From the IMG/VR virus record IMGVR_UViG_3300043427_001127, positions 107,626-171,625 of that record: 64,000 nt of DNA, one strand, 5' to 3'. The notes below the pieces were generated by a model. That model did no database searches, was not told the origin of the DNA, and saw nothing but the letters and a program-made list of their open reading frames with translations. Positions 1 through 7,279 of the stretch are shown here, in pieces. Made by a program: the position numbers and the translations under genes. The DNA is from a virus. Numbering within the stretch: the first letter of the stretch is position 1; every line of letters starts with the position of its first letter.

Positions 1-108
1 AAGACGGACTCTTTGTGATATCGTAATACCAAATCCTAAATCAATATCCAAATCAACTGTGTCTCCATCAACGACTCGGTTGATTTTTTTTACTTTGTAA
101 GTATACAT
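1..108 (-). CDS. Thermonuclease (SNase-like) family nuclease, 5' part (truncated by window edge)
   Basis: Manual translation MYTYKVKKINRVVDGDTVDLDIDLGFGITISQRVRL; VVDGDT...RVRL is the SNase N-terminal motif. Confidence 0.8.
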   Translation of the reverse strand, partial: MYTYKVKKINRVVDGDTVDLDIDLGFGITISQRVRL

Positions 109-112
109 TTTC

Positions 113-409
113 TTAAAGCTTAGTTTTAAGTGCGATTAATGTAGCGAGCAACCCAACCAATGTCTCTATAGACTTGGAGTTTGTATCGTCACATTTGCTA
201 GGAGGAGTTTTATTTTTACTCAACCCATTGACAGTATAAAGATACTGAAGGTTCAATGGATGTTTGATGTTACACACAGCATAGTTGAAGAATACCATTG
301 AGATGATTGCTGTTACAACTGCACCTAGCAACCAACTAATCACCGCATCTAGGTGAGACTTTTTTTCTTTCTTTTCTTCTACTGCTAACTCTTCTGGTGT
401 TTCATTCAT
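113..409 (-). CDS. Hypothetical membrane protein
   Basis: 98 aa ORF with a hydrophobic segment, tightly packed between neighbours. Confidence 0.6.
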   Translation of the reverse strand: MNETPEELAVEEKKEKKSHLDAVISWLLGAVVTAIISMVFFNYAVCNIKHPLNLQYLYTVNGLSKNKTPPSKCDDTNSKSIETLVGLLATLIALKTKL

Positions 410-597
410 CGTCCTTCCTCCTTATGAATCCATGTTTTTAACTCGTGTAGATATTGTCTAAGTTCGTCTGCTTTTTGTAGATGCCACGTATTACCACTCT
501 TGAAATACTCTTGAGTGTGGTTGTCTATTGCTTTGAGAATATTATGTATAGGTGCGTTCCAAGGCTCACGTTTGGGAGTGTTCCATTCTCTTGGCAT
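406..597 (-). CDS. Hypothetical protein
   Basis: 63 aa ORF, 4-nt overlap with downstream gene. Confidence 0.65.
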   Translation of the reverse strand: MPREWNTPKREPWNAPIHNILKAIDNHTQEYFKSGNTWHLQKADELRQYLHELKTWIHKEEGR

Positions 598-600
598 ACT

Positions 601-705
601 TCACTTTTTCTTACCCCCGTTCTTTGCCTTCTTCGCAGTCGCATTCCCTTGATTTTGCTTAGGTTTTTTGACAGCTTTGCTGCCCTTGTTCTTTGCCTTA
701 GACAT
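601..705 (-). CDS. Small Lys-rich basic peptide (34 aa)
   Basis: Manual translation MSKAKNKGSKAVKKPKQNQGNATAKKAKNGGKKK; CTAAATA late-promoter-like motif upstream on minus strand (~730). Confidence 0.55.
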   Translation of the reverse strand: MSKAKNKGSKAVKKPKQNQGNATAKKAKNGGKKK

Positions 706-742
706 GATTCGGTATACCGATACACTATATTTAGGAGGGGGC

Positions 743-771
743 TTGACAGAAAGCTAAATACGTGTTATATT
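743..771 (+). promoter_or_regulatory. Sigma70-type early promoter upstream of rlpA
   Basis: GGGGC-TTGACA-N17-TATATT. Confidence 0.6.
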
Positions 772-824
772 ATGTTTTCTTCACATTTGTGGAGAGTCTC
801 ATTATTATAACGTGAGTGACAATC

Positions 825-891
825 AGAGCCCAGGAAGATGCCCCCAGAGATGGTTGCGGTGTACCCCTCTTCTATTGGGATGTAGAGTTCT
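825..891 (+). ncRNA. Candidate structured 5' leader RNA of rlpA
   Basis: Nested pairings AGAGC/GTTCT, CCCAG/TTGGG, GAAGA/TCTTC and CCA-GAGA-TGG GNRA hairpin. Confidence 0.45.
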
Positions 892-901
892 ATTTAACTA
901 A

Positions 902-1264
902 ATGCTTCTTAAAACACTTTCTATTCTCGCCATTGCCGCTGCAGGACTAGCACCCCTTCAAGCAAAGGCAGCGAGCGGATGTTCCCTCGCATCACATTAT
1001 GGAGTTGGTGACGGATATCATGGGCAGACGACTGCAAACGGCGAAAGATACAATGCTTATGGCAACACAACAGCACACAGATGGCTTCCTTTCGGAACTA
1101 GATTGAAGGTTACAAATCAGCGAAATGGTAGGTCAGTCATCGTGCGAGTAAATGATCGCGGTCCTTTCGTAGGTGGAAGGAGCCTTGATTTGTCTTATGG
1201 TGCATTCTCTTCTATTGCTTCCCCAGGTCAAGGCGTCGCAAGCGTCTGCTACACAAGGGTTTGA
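902..1264 (+). CDS. rlpA: Septal ring lytic transglycosylase RlpA family (DPBB domain) with signal peptide
   Basis: ASHYG...TANGE.YN...TTAHRWLPFGT...VRVNDRGPF...LDLSYGAF motifs. Confidence 0.92.
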   Translation: MLLKTLSILAIAAAGLAPLQAKAASGCSLASHYGVGDGYHGQTTANGERYNAYGNTTAHRWLPFGTRLKVTNQRNGRSVIVRVNDRGPFVGGRSLDLSYGAFSSIASPGQGVASVCYTRV

Positions 1265-1306
1265 ATAACTGAATAAATATTGGGGAGTGCTGCAGAACTC
1301 CCCTTT

Positions 1307-1708
1307 ATGTTTAACTTTCACATTGGCAAGCCCTCTAATAAAACTATTATAACAACCAGTATCGTATTATCTTCTATCATTGCAGCACTCTCCCAATGCA
1401 CTGGAATACATGAAAACAACCTTTGGGATTTACTTGACGAAGTTCAAAGAAAGTTTTTCCCGCAGACTACTATTAACAGGGTTATTGTTAAAGACCCTGA
1501 CAAAGTAAAACGTAGAGTAGAACGAGATGTCACCAATGCCATCGATGATTATTGGAGACAATCTGGTTTATCAAAAGCAGAAGTATACAAACCTCGCTAT
1601 ATAGAAGAAGCAAATGACGAAACATTATGCTACAGTGATGAGTGCAAAGCACTCGCTCCACCAATGAGACTCTGTGCTCCATGGCTTGACAACTGCCCTA
1701 AGCAGTAG
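1307..1708 (+). CDS. Hypothetical protein (N-terminal hydrophobic segment, Cys-rich C-terminus)
   Basis: ORF track; ATG at 1307 preferred, AATAAATA late motif upstream. Confidence 0.65.
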   Translation: MFNFHIGKPSNKTIITTSIVLSSIIAALSQCTGIHENNLWDLLDEVQRKFFPQTTINRVIVKDPDKVKRRVERDVTNAIDDYWRQSGLSKAEVYKPRYIEEANDETLCYSDECKALAPPMRLCAPWLDNCPKQ

Positions 1709-1714
1709 TATAAT
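1686..1714 (+). promoter_or_regulatory. Early promoter for tRNA-Arg/Val
   Basis: TTGACA-N17-TATAAT perfect consensus. Confidence 0.85.
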
Positions 1715-1722
1715 ACTCTCAT

Positions 1723-1799
1723 GTCTCGGTAGCTCAGTTGGATAGAGCATCTGCCTTCTAAGCAGTTGGTCACAGGTTCAAGTCCTGTCCGAGACGCCA
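1723..1799 (+). tRNA. tRNA-Arg(TCT), CCA encoded
   Basis: Cloverleaf, anticodon loop CTTCTAA, GTTCAAGTC T-loop. Confidence 0.95.
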
Positions 1800-1871
1800 G
1801 GGCGATTAACTCAGCGGTAGAGTGGCCTCCTTACAAGTGGTAAGTCACTGGTTCGATTCCAGTATCGCCCA
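1800..1871 (+). tRNA. tRNA-Val(TAC)
   Basis: Cloverleaf, loop CTTACAA; U30:U40 mismatch in anticodon stem. Confidence 0.9.
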
Positions 1872-1879
1872 TATAAACT

Positions 1880-2110
1880 ATGAATACATACTATATTTCT
1901 TTAATACTAATCTGTGCTCTGGTGTATATCATCTGGCAGGATCCAAATGTACCAGAGTACATTAACCTAAGGATAAAGTTAATGCATATCAACTTTATTC
2001 GGTGGAACATGGCAAGAAATATGAAGCGACAACTTGATAGAGAATCTAAAAAAATGCAAAAAGAAATGGCAGAGTGGTTAAAAGAAAAAAATGGCAAAGA
2101 TCAGATGTAA
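1880..2110 (+). CDS. Hypothetical protein with N-terminal TM helix
   Basis: 76 aa ORF. Confidence 0.6.
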   Translation: MNTYYISLILICALVYIIWQDPNVPEYINLRIKLMHINFIRWNMARNMKRQLDRESKKMQKEMAEWLKEKNGKDQM

Positions 2111-2348
2111 CGCATGTGGCGTAGAGTTAGAAGTATATCAACCAAACAAAAGCAAGTCATGTGGCTGCGATAATCATACCCTTCTGAGGTTAGATAGAAG
2201 TGGTATGCCTATTATCAGTGGCAATGACTTGTCGCACATTACTGCTGTTGATGGAGTCGGAAAACCGAAAGAGAAAAAGGTTGACAATCCTCCCGTAGCA
2301 GGTTATACTAAGAGAATACCCAGAAAACTGGACTTTGAAATCCGCTAG
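2091..2348 (+). CDS. Hypothetical Zn-ribbon-like protein
   Basis: CNAC...CGC motif. Confidence 0.65.
   Translation: MAKIRCNACGVELEVYQPNKSKSCGCDNHTLLRLDRSGMPIISGNDLSHITAVDGVGKPKEKKVDNPPVAGYTKRIPRKLDFEIR
2281..2309 (+). promoter_or_regulatory. Early promoter
   Basis: TTGACA-N17-TATACT upstream of tRNA-Ser. Confidence 0.75.
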
Positions 2349-2436
2349 GAAGTGTGGCAGAGCGGCTTAATGCAGCGGTTTGCTAAACCGCCGATGTCTT
2401 TATGGGCATCCGTTGGTTCAAATCCAACCACTTCCG
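2348..2436 (+). tRNA. tRNA-Ser(GCT)
   Basis: Class II cloverleaf, loop TTGCTAA, long variable arm. Confidence 0.95.
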
Positions 2437-2481
2437 TTGCCCTATGGGCATGACATGTCGTTTAAATCTTAAGAAACTATT

Positions 2482-3336
2482 ATGATTCGTTCATTTATTG
2501 CTGCTGGCGTCGCTGCTGCTTCTATTGCTGCTCCCGCCATGGCACAAGTCACCAGTGTGACTCAACTGAAAGATGTGCAACCTACTGATTGGTCGTATCA
2601 GGCTATCTCTAACCTGATCTCTCGCTACGGTTGTGTTGCTGGTTACCCCAATGGCACTTTCCAGCCTGGTCAACCTGCTTCCCGTGCTGAGCTCGCCGCT
2701 CTCACCAACGCTTGCCTTGACCGCATCAGCGAGTATCAGAGCGCCGCTGACGCTGCTCTGGCTGCCGCTCTACGCGCTCAGTTCTCCAAAGAGATTGCTG
2801 CTACTAACACCCGCGTGAGCGCCCTTGAGGTCGCTGCTGCTCGCAAGGCACAAGGCGTTGGTAACTACGTTGGTCTTGGCGTTCTGCTGAATAAGCAAGG
2901 CGTTGACGGTGGTGGTAAGACTGCCAACAGCACCATCTCTGGTGGTACTCTCCAAGCTCGCTATGCTGTGAAGACTTTCGGCAACCAGAATGCTGTATCG
3001 GTTCGCCCTTACATTAATGCTGTTGCTGGACCTGATAGCAACATCGGTGCCGCTGGTGGTGCTATGCTCTCTTATGACTGGAGCATCGCCCGCAAGGCAG
3101 GTGTAAGCGCCGCTAACATCTATGCCGCTGCTGGTTACCAAGTTCCTTTTGTCAATGGTGTTGAAGCAAACTCTCAGTCTGCTGTAGGCACTGGTACTGC
3201 TGTGCTTGCTCTTGGTTTGGAAGGTCGCATCACTAACTCTCTGATTGGTTTTGCTGATCTGAAGTTCCCTACTGAGAAAGTTGGTACGGGTTCTTACTCT
3301 CCTGTGTTCACTACGGGTCTTGGATTCAAGTTCTGA
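2482..3336 (+). CDS. SLH-domain outer-membrane beta-barrel protein (cyanobacterial porin-like N-terminus)
   Basis: Signal peptide (A-M-A), SLH motif DVQPTDW.YQAI.NL..RYGCVAGYPNGTF, coiled coil, amphipathic strands ending in C-terminal Phe. Confidence 0.85.
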   Translation: MIRSFIAAGVAAASIAAPAMAQVTSVTQLKDVQPTDWSYQAISNLISRYGCVAGYPNGTFQPGQPASRAELAALTNACLDRISEYQSAADAALAAALRAQFSKEIAATNTRVSALEVAAARKAQGVGNYVGLGVLLNKQGVDGGGKTANSTISGGTLQARYAVKTFGNQNAVSVRPYINAVAGPDSNIGAAGGAMLSYDWSIARKAGVSAANIYAAAGYQVPFVNGVEANSQSAVGTGTAVLALGLEGRITNSLIGFADLKFPTEKVGTGSYSPVFTTGLGFKF

Positions 3337-3342
3337 TAAGTG

Positions 3343-3717
3343 ATGAAAAAACTCTTCAAGCGTTGGAAAAATAGACCAAGAACTCGCCAAGGGTGGATTG
3401 ATTTATATGTTTCATATTTGAAGAGGATACCAGAGAGGCAATACTTTCCAATCTTTGTATTGCTCTCTCTGTATTTCGTGGTTCCGTATAGTGAGTTTGT
3501 AGTCACTGCACTCATACCACTATACTTTCTCTTCGAGAAACAAGTTCGTTGGTTCTTTAGTAAGATTCCAATGCCAGACTATCTGAGAATAGGTGGCTCA
3601 GTTATATTCTTTTTGGTTATGATTGATGACTACCTGTTCTACTTTGCTATCATGGCATTCGCTGCTTGGAGCGCCAAGCAACTGAAGAAAACAAAAGAGT
3701 CCGACGAGGGGGCTTGA
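3343..3717 (+). CDS. Hypothetical multi-pass membrane protein
   Basis: ORF with several hydrophobic segments. Confidence 0.65.
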   Translation: MKKLFKRWKNRPRTRQGWIDLYVSYLKRIPERQYFPIFVLLSLYFVVPYSEFVVTALIPLYFLFEKQVRWFFSKIPMPDYLRIGGSVIFFLVMIDDYLFYFAIMAFAAWSAKQLKKTKESDEGA

Positions 3718-3742
3718 CATGCTCCCGACCCTCCTATATAAT
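3714..3742 (+). promoter_or_regulatory. Early promoter
   Basis: GGGGC-TTGACA-N17-TATAAT. Confidence 0.85.
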
Positions 3743-3758
3743 ATGAGGGTCAACAAAT

Positions 3759-3843
3759 GGAAGTGTGGCCGAGTGGTTTAAGGCACTTGTCTTGAAAACA
3801 AGCATGGTGAAAGCCATCGTGGGTTCAAATCCTACCACTTCCG
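3759..3843 (+). tRNA. tRNA-Ser(TGA)
   Basis: Class II cloverleaf, loop CTTGAAA. Confidence 0.95.
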
Positions 3844-3844
3844 C

Positions 3845-3975
3845 TTGGTACTCGTTAGGCAGATAGCCTAGAAGGAGACCAACTTATCACAAGCGCCTGG
3901 AGATAAACTTGTCTGCTGTGATACGACAGAGGGTAAGTCCCTGTTATATCCTTGAGGTATATCACACTTACTCCA
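3845..3975 (+). ncRNA. Unassigned structured spacer RNA between tRNA-Ser and tRNA-Pro
   Basis: Four consecutive hairpins plus possible GGGTAAGT/ACTTACTC pairing; no ORF. Confidence 0.45.
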
Positions 3976-3978
3976 TCA

Positions 3979-4052
3979 CGGGATGTAGCTCAGTTTGGTA
4001 GAGCACTCGCTTTGGGAGCGAGGGGCCGTAGGTTCAAATCCTATCATCCCGA
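3979..4052 (+). tRNA. tRNA-Pro(TGG)
   Basis: Cloverleaf, loop TTTGGGA. Confidence 0.95.
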
Positions 4053-4067
4053 TTCTTCTTAGAGGAG

Positions 4068-4346
4068 ATGTTAATGATTTCGCAACTGGTTATTTACACA
4101 CGAGATAACTGTGAATATTGTCGTAAACTCAAGGTCATCCTTGATAGTTTTACTGTCAAATACACACAGTACAAACTGGATGTTGACTTTGATAGGGAAA
4201 CATTCTATAATGAGTTTGGTGAAGGTTCTACATTTCCTCAGGTGACCCTTGATGGTCACTCTGTTGGGGGTTGTACTGAAACCATTGAATACCTAACCAG
4301 CATTGGTTGCCTACAAGAAGAAAAAGACATGGAGTGTATGGTATGA
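4068..4346 (+). CDS. Glutaredoxin
   Basis: CEYC active site, TFPQV, VGGC motifs; GGAG RBS. Confidence 0.9.
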   Translation: MLMISQLVIYTRDNCEYCRKLKVILDSFTVKYTQYKLDVDFDRETFYNEFGEGSTFPQVTLDGHSVGGCTETIEYLTSIGCLQEEKDMECMV

Positions 4347-4504
4347 AAACGATCACAGAAGAAACTTTTTGTCACGACTTTGATGAGATTATGGACAACG
4401 TGATGCTTAACAAAGAAAGTTTTATCATTACCACATCAGATGGTAGTGATGTTCTTCTGATGCCATACGAAAACTATGAGCGAATACAAGGGGAGTTAGC
4501 TTAG
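4343..4504 (+). CDS. Phd/YefM-like antitoxin-fold protein
   Basis: MKTIT..F..DFDEIMDNV...KESFIIT..DG.DVLLMPYENY pattern; ATGA overlap with grx. Confidence 0.6.
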   Translation: MKTITEETFCHDFDEIMDNVMLNKESFIITTSDGSDVLLMPYENYERIQGELA

Positions 4505-4562
4505 TTGGTAGAGCGCCTGCTTTGCAAGCAGGAGGTCAGGGGTTCAAATCCCCTACTCTCCA
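4490..4562 (+). tRNA. tRNA-Ala(TGC)
   Basis: Cloverleaf with G3:U70, loop TTTGCAA. Confidence 0.95.
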
Positions 4563-4565
4563 TAA

Positions 4566-4658
4566 GGGGGTGTAGCTCAATTGGCAGAGCGAGAAGCTTA
4601 TACCTTCTGTATGCACCAGATTAGTGCGCGGTTGGGGGTTCGACTCCCTCCACCCCTA
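4566..4658 (+). tRNA. tRNA-Ile(TAT) with 25-nt variable arm
   Basis: Acceptor GGGGGTG/CACCCCT, anticodon stem AGAAG/CTTCT, loop CTTATAC, T-loop TTCGACT, A73. Confidence 0.8.
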
Positions 4659-4674
4659 TTAGGATAGATAAAAA

Positions 4675-5295
4675 ATGAAACTGATTAAACATACAAATTA
4701 CGTATACGAATATCAAAACTTTGTAAGTGATGATGTGTGTGATCACGTAACATCAATCATGCAATCTTCAAATATTTCTTCCGAAATATGGAATGCTGGC
4801 AGAAATGATATTAGAAATAATAATGTTATTAACTTAACAACTTATAAAACTATACAGGGTTGGACAGATCAAAATACTTTACAAAACCTACATAGTGTAG
4901 ATAGTATTTCTCACGAAGTTTTTTCAAAAGTATACCGTGAGTATCTAAAAGATTGCCCTAGGTTATCTTTTACTATGATAAGACAAAAAATCTTAAACTT
5001 TGGTAGTGCGTATTACTATCGAACTTATGATGAAAAAGATTATTATGATTGGCATATAGATCATGATCTTCAAGAAGAAAATCTTCTTTCATTTTTATGG
5101 TACTTGAATGAAGATTATTCTGGTGGAAAACTTATGTTCTTAAATGATAAGATTTCTATTCAACCAAAGAAAGGAAGTCTAATATGTTTTCCTGTTGGTC
5201 ATTGGTGGGTACACAAATCATCACCAATAAAATCTGGGAATAAAAAAGTGATTTGGACTTGCTTTTTTAAAGATAGGGAGAAAAAAAATGTATGA
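4675..5295 (+). CDS. 2OG-Fe(II) oxygenase (prolyl-hydroxylase-like)
   Basis: WHID, YLNEDYSGG.L.F, PKKG.L..FP, H...P motifs. Confidence 0.88.
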   Translation: MKLIKHTNYVYEYQNFVSDDVCDHVTSIMQSSNISSEIWNAGRNDIRNNNVINLTTYKTIQGWTDQNTLQNLHSVDSISHEVFSKVYREYLKDCPRLSFTMIRQKILNFGSAYYYRTYDEKDYYDWHIDHDLQEENLLSFLWYLNEDYSGGKLMFLNDKISIQPKKGSLICFPVGHWWVHKSSPIKSGNKKVIWTCFFKDREKKNV

Positions 5296-5500
5296 AAATC
5301 AAACAGATTTTGAATGGCACCTTTTTGAGTTTGGTAAAAAAGTAGAATACATTCTTGCTGCAGAGCTTGCAGGCAAAGAAGATGCTAACGAAGCATACAA
5401 AAAGATTAAACATTTGTTTGAAGACCTCAAAAAGTTTCGCAAACAAGAAAAGAAACAAGATCATCCATTAGATTACGACCAAATCCCTGATAGGTATTGA
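5288..5500 (+). CDS. Hypothetical protein
   Basis: 70 aa ORF overlapping both neighbours. Confidence 0.65.
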   Translation: MYENQTDFEWHLFEFGKKVEYILAAELAGKEDANEAYKKIKHLFEDLKKFRKQEKKQDHPLDYDQIPDRY

Positions 5501-5502
5501 TT

Positions 5503-6078
5503 ATGTTGTCACAAGGATTAGTTGAAACTGAACACGAAGAGCCTGGATTTGTGATTACTCATCTGTCTTTCAGGAAACGTGAATCTTCACAACTCTATGG
5601 TGGTCCTGTAGATTACTACATCGGCAACATTGTATTTCGTTTGACTAACGAAGATGCGAAAGGTCGCATGGAATACATTATGAGAGAGAATGAAAGAGTT
5701 CGTGTAGCACCAGACGAGGAGTTACATAACAAGTATTACGATGGTCTTCACTTCAAGTTTGACAGAGAAAAGGAAGAAGTAAATGAAGATGGTGAAAAGT
5801 TTTATAAGCTTGACATCATCAACAAAGAAGGTATCAAAGATGAAGATGTATTCATCTGGGGATACCGTCGCAACATGGATCCACTACATGACTTCATTGA
5901 ATACAATGAGAAGTTCGATTGTTACCGAATGCACGAATACTTTCAAGACACACCAGTAGTTCGTGGTATAATACAGTATCTCCAAGACATGAAAGATGGT
6001 AAACCTAATCCAAGCCGCACGGTCTATCATGAGCAGTTCCTCTCAACGCTCACAAACCTCTGTTGGTGGTGGGACTAG
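5503..6078 (+). CDS. Hypothetical protein
   Basis: ~190 aa ORF with phage-like codon use. Confidence 0.75.
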   Translation: MLSQGLVETEHEEPGFVITHLSFRKRESSQLYGGPVDYYIGNIVFRLTNEDAKGRMEYIMRENERVRVAPDEELHNKYYDGLHFKFDREKEEVNEDGEKFYKLDIINKEGIKDEDVFIWGYRRNMDPLHDFIEYNEKFDCYRMHEYFQDTPVVRGIIQYLQDMKDGKPNPSRTVYHEQFLSTLTNLCWWWD

Positions 6079-6211
6079 AACCTGTTCCAAGTGCCACACC
6101 GAGCAACCCCTTGACAAGGACCACTACCAAGTGGTAAAATACTTTCGTACAGGATTCTCCTACTACTGCAATGACTGCAACAAACCAAAGCCGCGTGAAG
6201 ACAATCCTTGA
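5996..6211 (+). CDS. Small Zn-finger protein (true start probably downstream of 5996)
   Basis: CSKC...CNDC. Confidence 0.45.
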   Translation: MVNLIQAARSIMSSSSQRSQTSVGGGTRTCSKCHTEQPLDKDHYQVVKYFRTGFSYYCNDCNKPKPREDNP

Positions 6212-6440
6212 TCGTTTTCCATATAGATACGTACAGGCAGGTATCTTAGAGATCAACGGCAAACCTGATTATCGTATTCAAAAAATGTGTTCTTACACCA
6301 GTCGTTATCGTGATATGTATCTCTGCGACAATGAAATGCAGTTTATGACAGCGATCGAAGATTTTGAGTATACCAAGTGGCTTGACCCAGACACAGTTCC
6401 ATGCTATATTAAAGGAGACGACAACGATGAAGATGAGTGA
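6195..6440 (+). CDS. Hypothetical protein
   Basis: GTG start giving MKTILDRFPYRYVQAG...; acidic tail. Confidence 0.65.
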   Translation: MKTILDRFPYRYVQAGILEINGKPDYRIQKMCSYTSRYRDMYLCDNEMQFMTAIEDFEYTKWLDPDTVPCYIKGDDNDEDE

Positions 6441-6705
6441 TCAAGTTAAATATCAACTAGAGCGAGCGGAAGATGCTTTGCGTTCTGCTCTTATGATGTT
6501 GGATAGTAAAGAGAGTGTTTATGTAATCTCTGCTATTTCTAAGGCATTGATTGAGATTGATAATAGTTTGTTTGCTGAACGTGCTGCTGAAGGTTCAATC
6601 TCTATTACCAAAGAGGAGCAACCTGATGGAAATGTTAAATACGAAATGAACAATACTCCTTTTAAATGGGATAATCAAACATCGTTTGTATCCGCAAATA
6701 AATAA
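6427..6705 (+). CDS. Hypothetical protein
   Basis: ORF with AGGAG upstream. Confidence 0.6.
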   Translation: MKMSDQVKYQLERAEDALRSALMMLDSKESVYVISAISKALIEIDNSLFAERAAEGSISITKEEQPDGNVKYEMNNTPFKWDNQTSFVSANK

Positions 6706-7068
6706 GACACGGATGGTCTATAACAGAACTGGTGGAGTCAAGTTACCCTTTGAATGCTATGAACTTTCGTATTGTTGAGCAACTAGATAATAATGATGAA
6801 GTCATTACTTACTTTCAAGTTCATGAACTTGACAATGGTTATCATTGGGAGTATGATGGTGAGCAACATGGTCCTTTTGGGAACATGCAAGATGCAGTAG
6901 ATTCTGCATATGACAACTTAATACCTGTCTCGGAATGACACTAAACTTGCCCTGGTCGGGTGAACCCCCTTCTGGTTTCTTGTTTTCCCATTAAAAAACA
7001 AGTGGTGCGGATGGGACTCTCTCCCGCCCAGTTTCCTGCCTCTGGTCAAAGGGCAGGTGGCGAGCCGA
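6705..7068 (+). ncRNA. manA/wcaG-type modular cyanophage RNA (hairpin/pseudoknot modules followed by UGGYG), interrupted by an ORF
   Basis: Modules at 6705-6748, 6926-6969, 6973-7027, 7028-7068; two H-type pseudoknots; TGGTG/TGGCG motifs. Confidence 0.65.
6759..6938 (+). CDS. Acidic hypothetical protein lying between RNA modules
   Basis: MNFRIVEQLDNNDEV...GPFGNMQDAVDSAY; 59 aa. Confidence 0.6.
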   Translation: MNFRIVEQLDNNDEVITYFQVHELDNGYHWEYDGEQHGPFGNMQDAVDSAYDNLIPVSE

Positions 7069-7079
7069 GCAACGGGGGG

Positions 7080-7108
7080 TTGACATCCCCCACCCTCTCG
7101 GATATAAT
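7080..7108 (+). promoter_or_regulatory. Early promoter for tRNA cluster
   Basis: TTGACA-N17-TATAAT. Confidence 0.85.
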
Positions 7109-7119
7109 ATGAGGGTCAA

Positions 7120-7196
7120 CGCGGGATGGAACAGTCTGGTAGTTCAGCGGTCTCATAAGCCGCAGGTCGCAGGTTCAAATCCTGCTCCCGCCCCCA
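7120..7196 (+). tRNA. Initiator-type tRNA-fMet(CAT), CCA encoded
   Basis: C1:C72 mismatch, A11:U24, loop CTCATAA. Confidence 0.88.
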
Positions 7197-7197
7197 C

Positions 7198-7279
7198 GTC
7201 GCTGTGGCGGAATTGGTAGACGCGCTGGGTTTAGGTTCCAGTGAGGTAACTCGTGAAGGTTCAAGTCCTTTCAGCGACA
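7198..7279 (+). tRNA. tRNA-Leu(TAG)
   Basis: Class II cloverleaf, loop TTTAGGT. Confidence 0.95.

Noticed and set aside
481-810. 109-aa plus-strand ORF
   Set aside because: Overlaps better-supported minus-strand genes and a promoter; no recognisable features.
2770-3390. Long antisense ORFs opposite highly expressed genes (also 22770-23348 and many within 42760-53250)
   Set aside because: Shadow ORFs from codon bias of the sense gene; no motifs or RBS.
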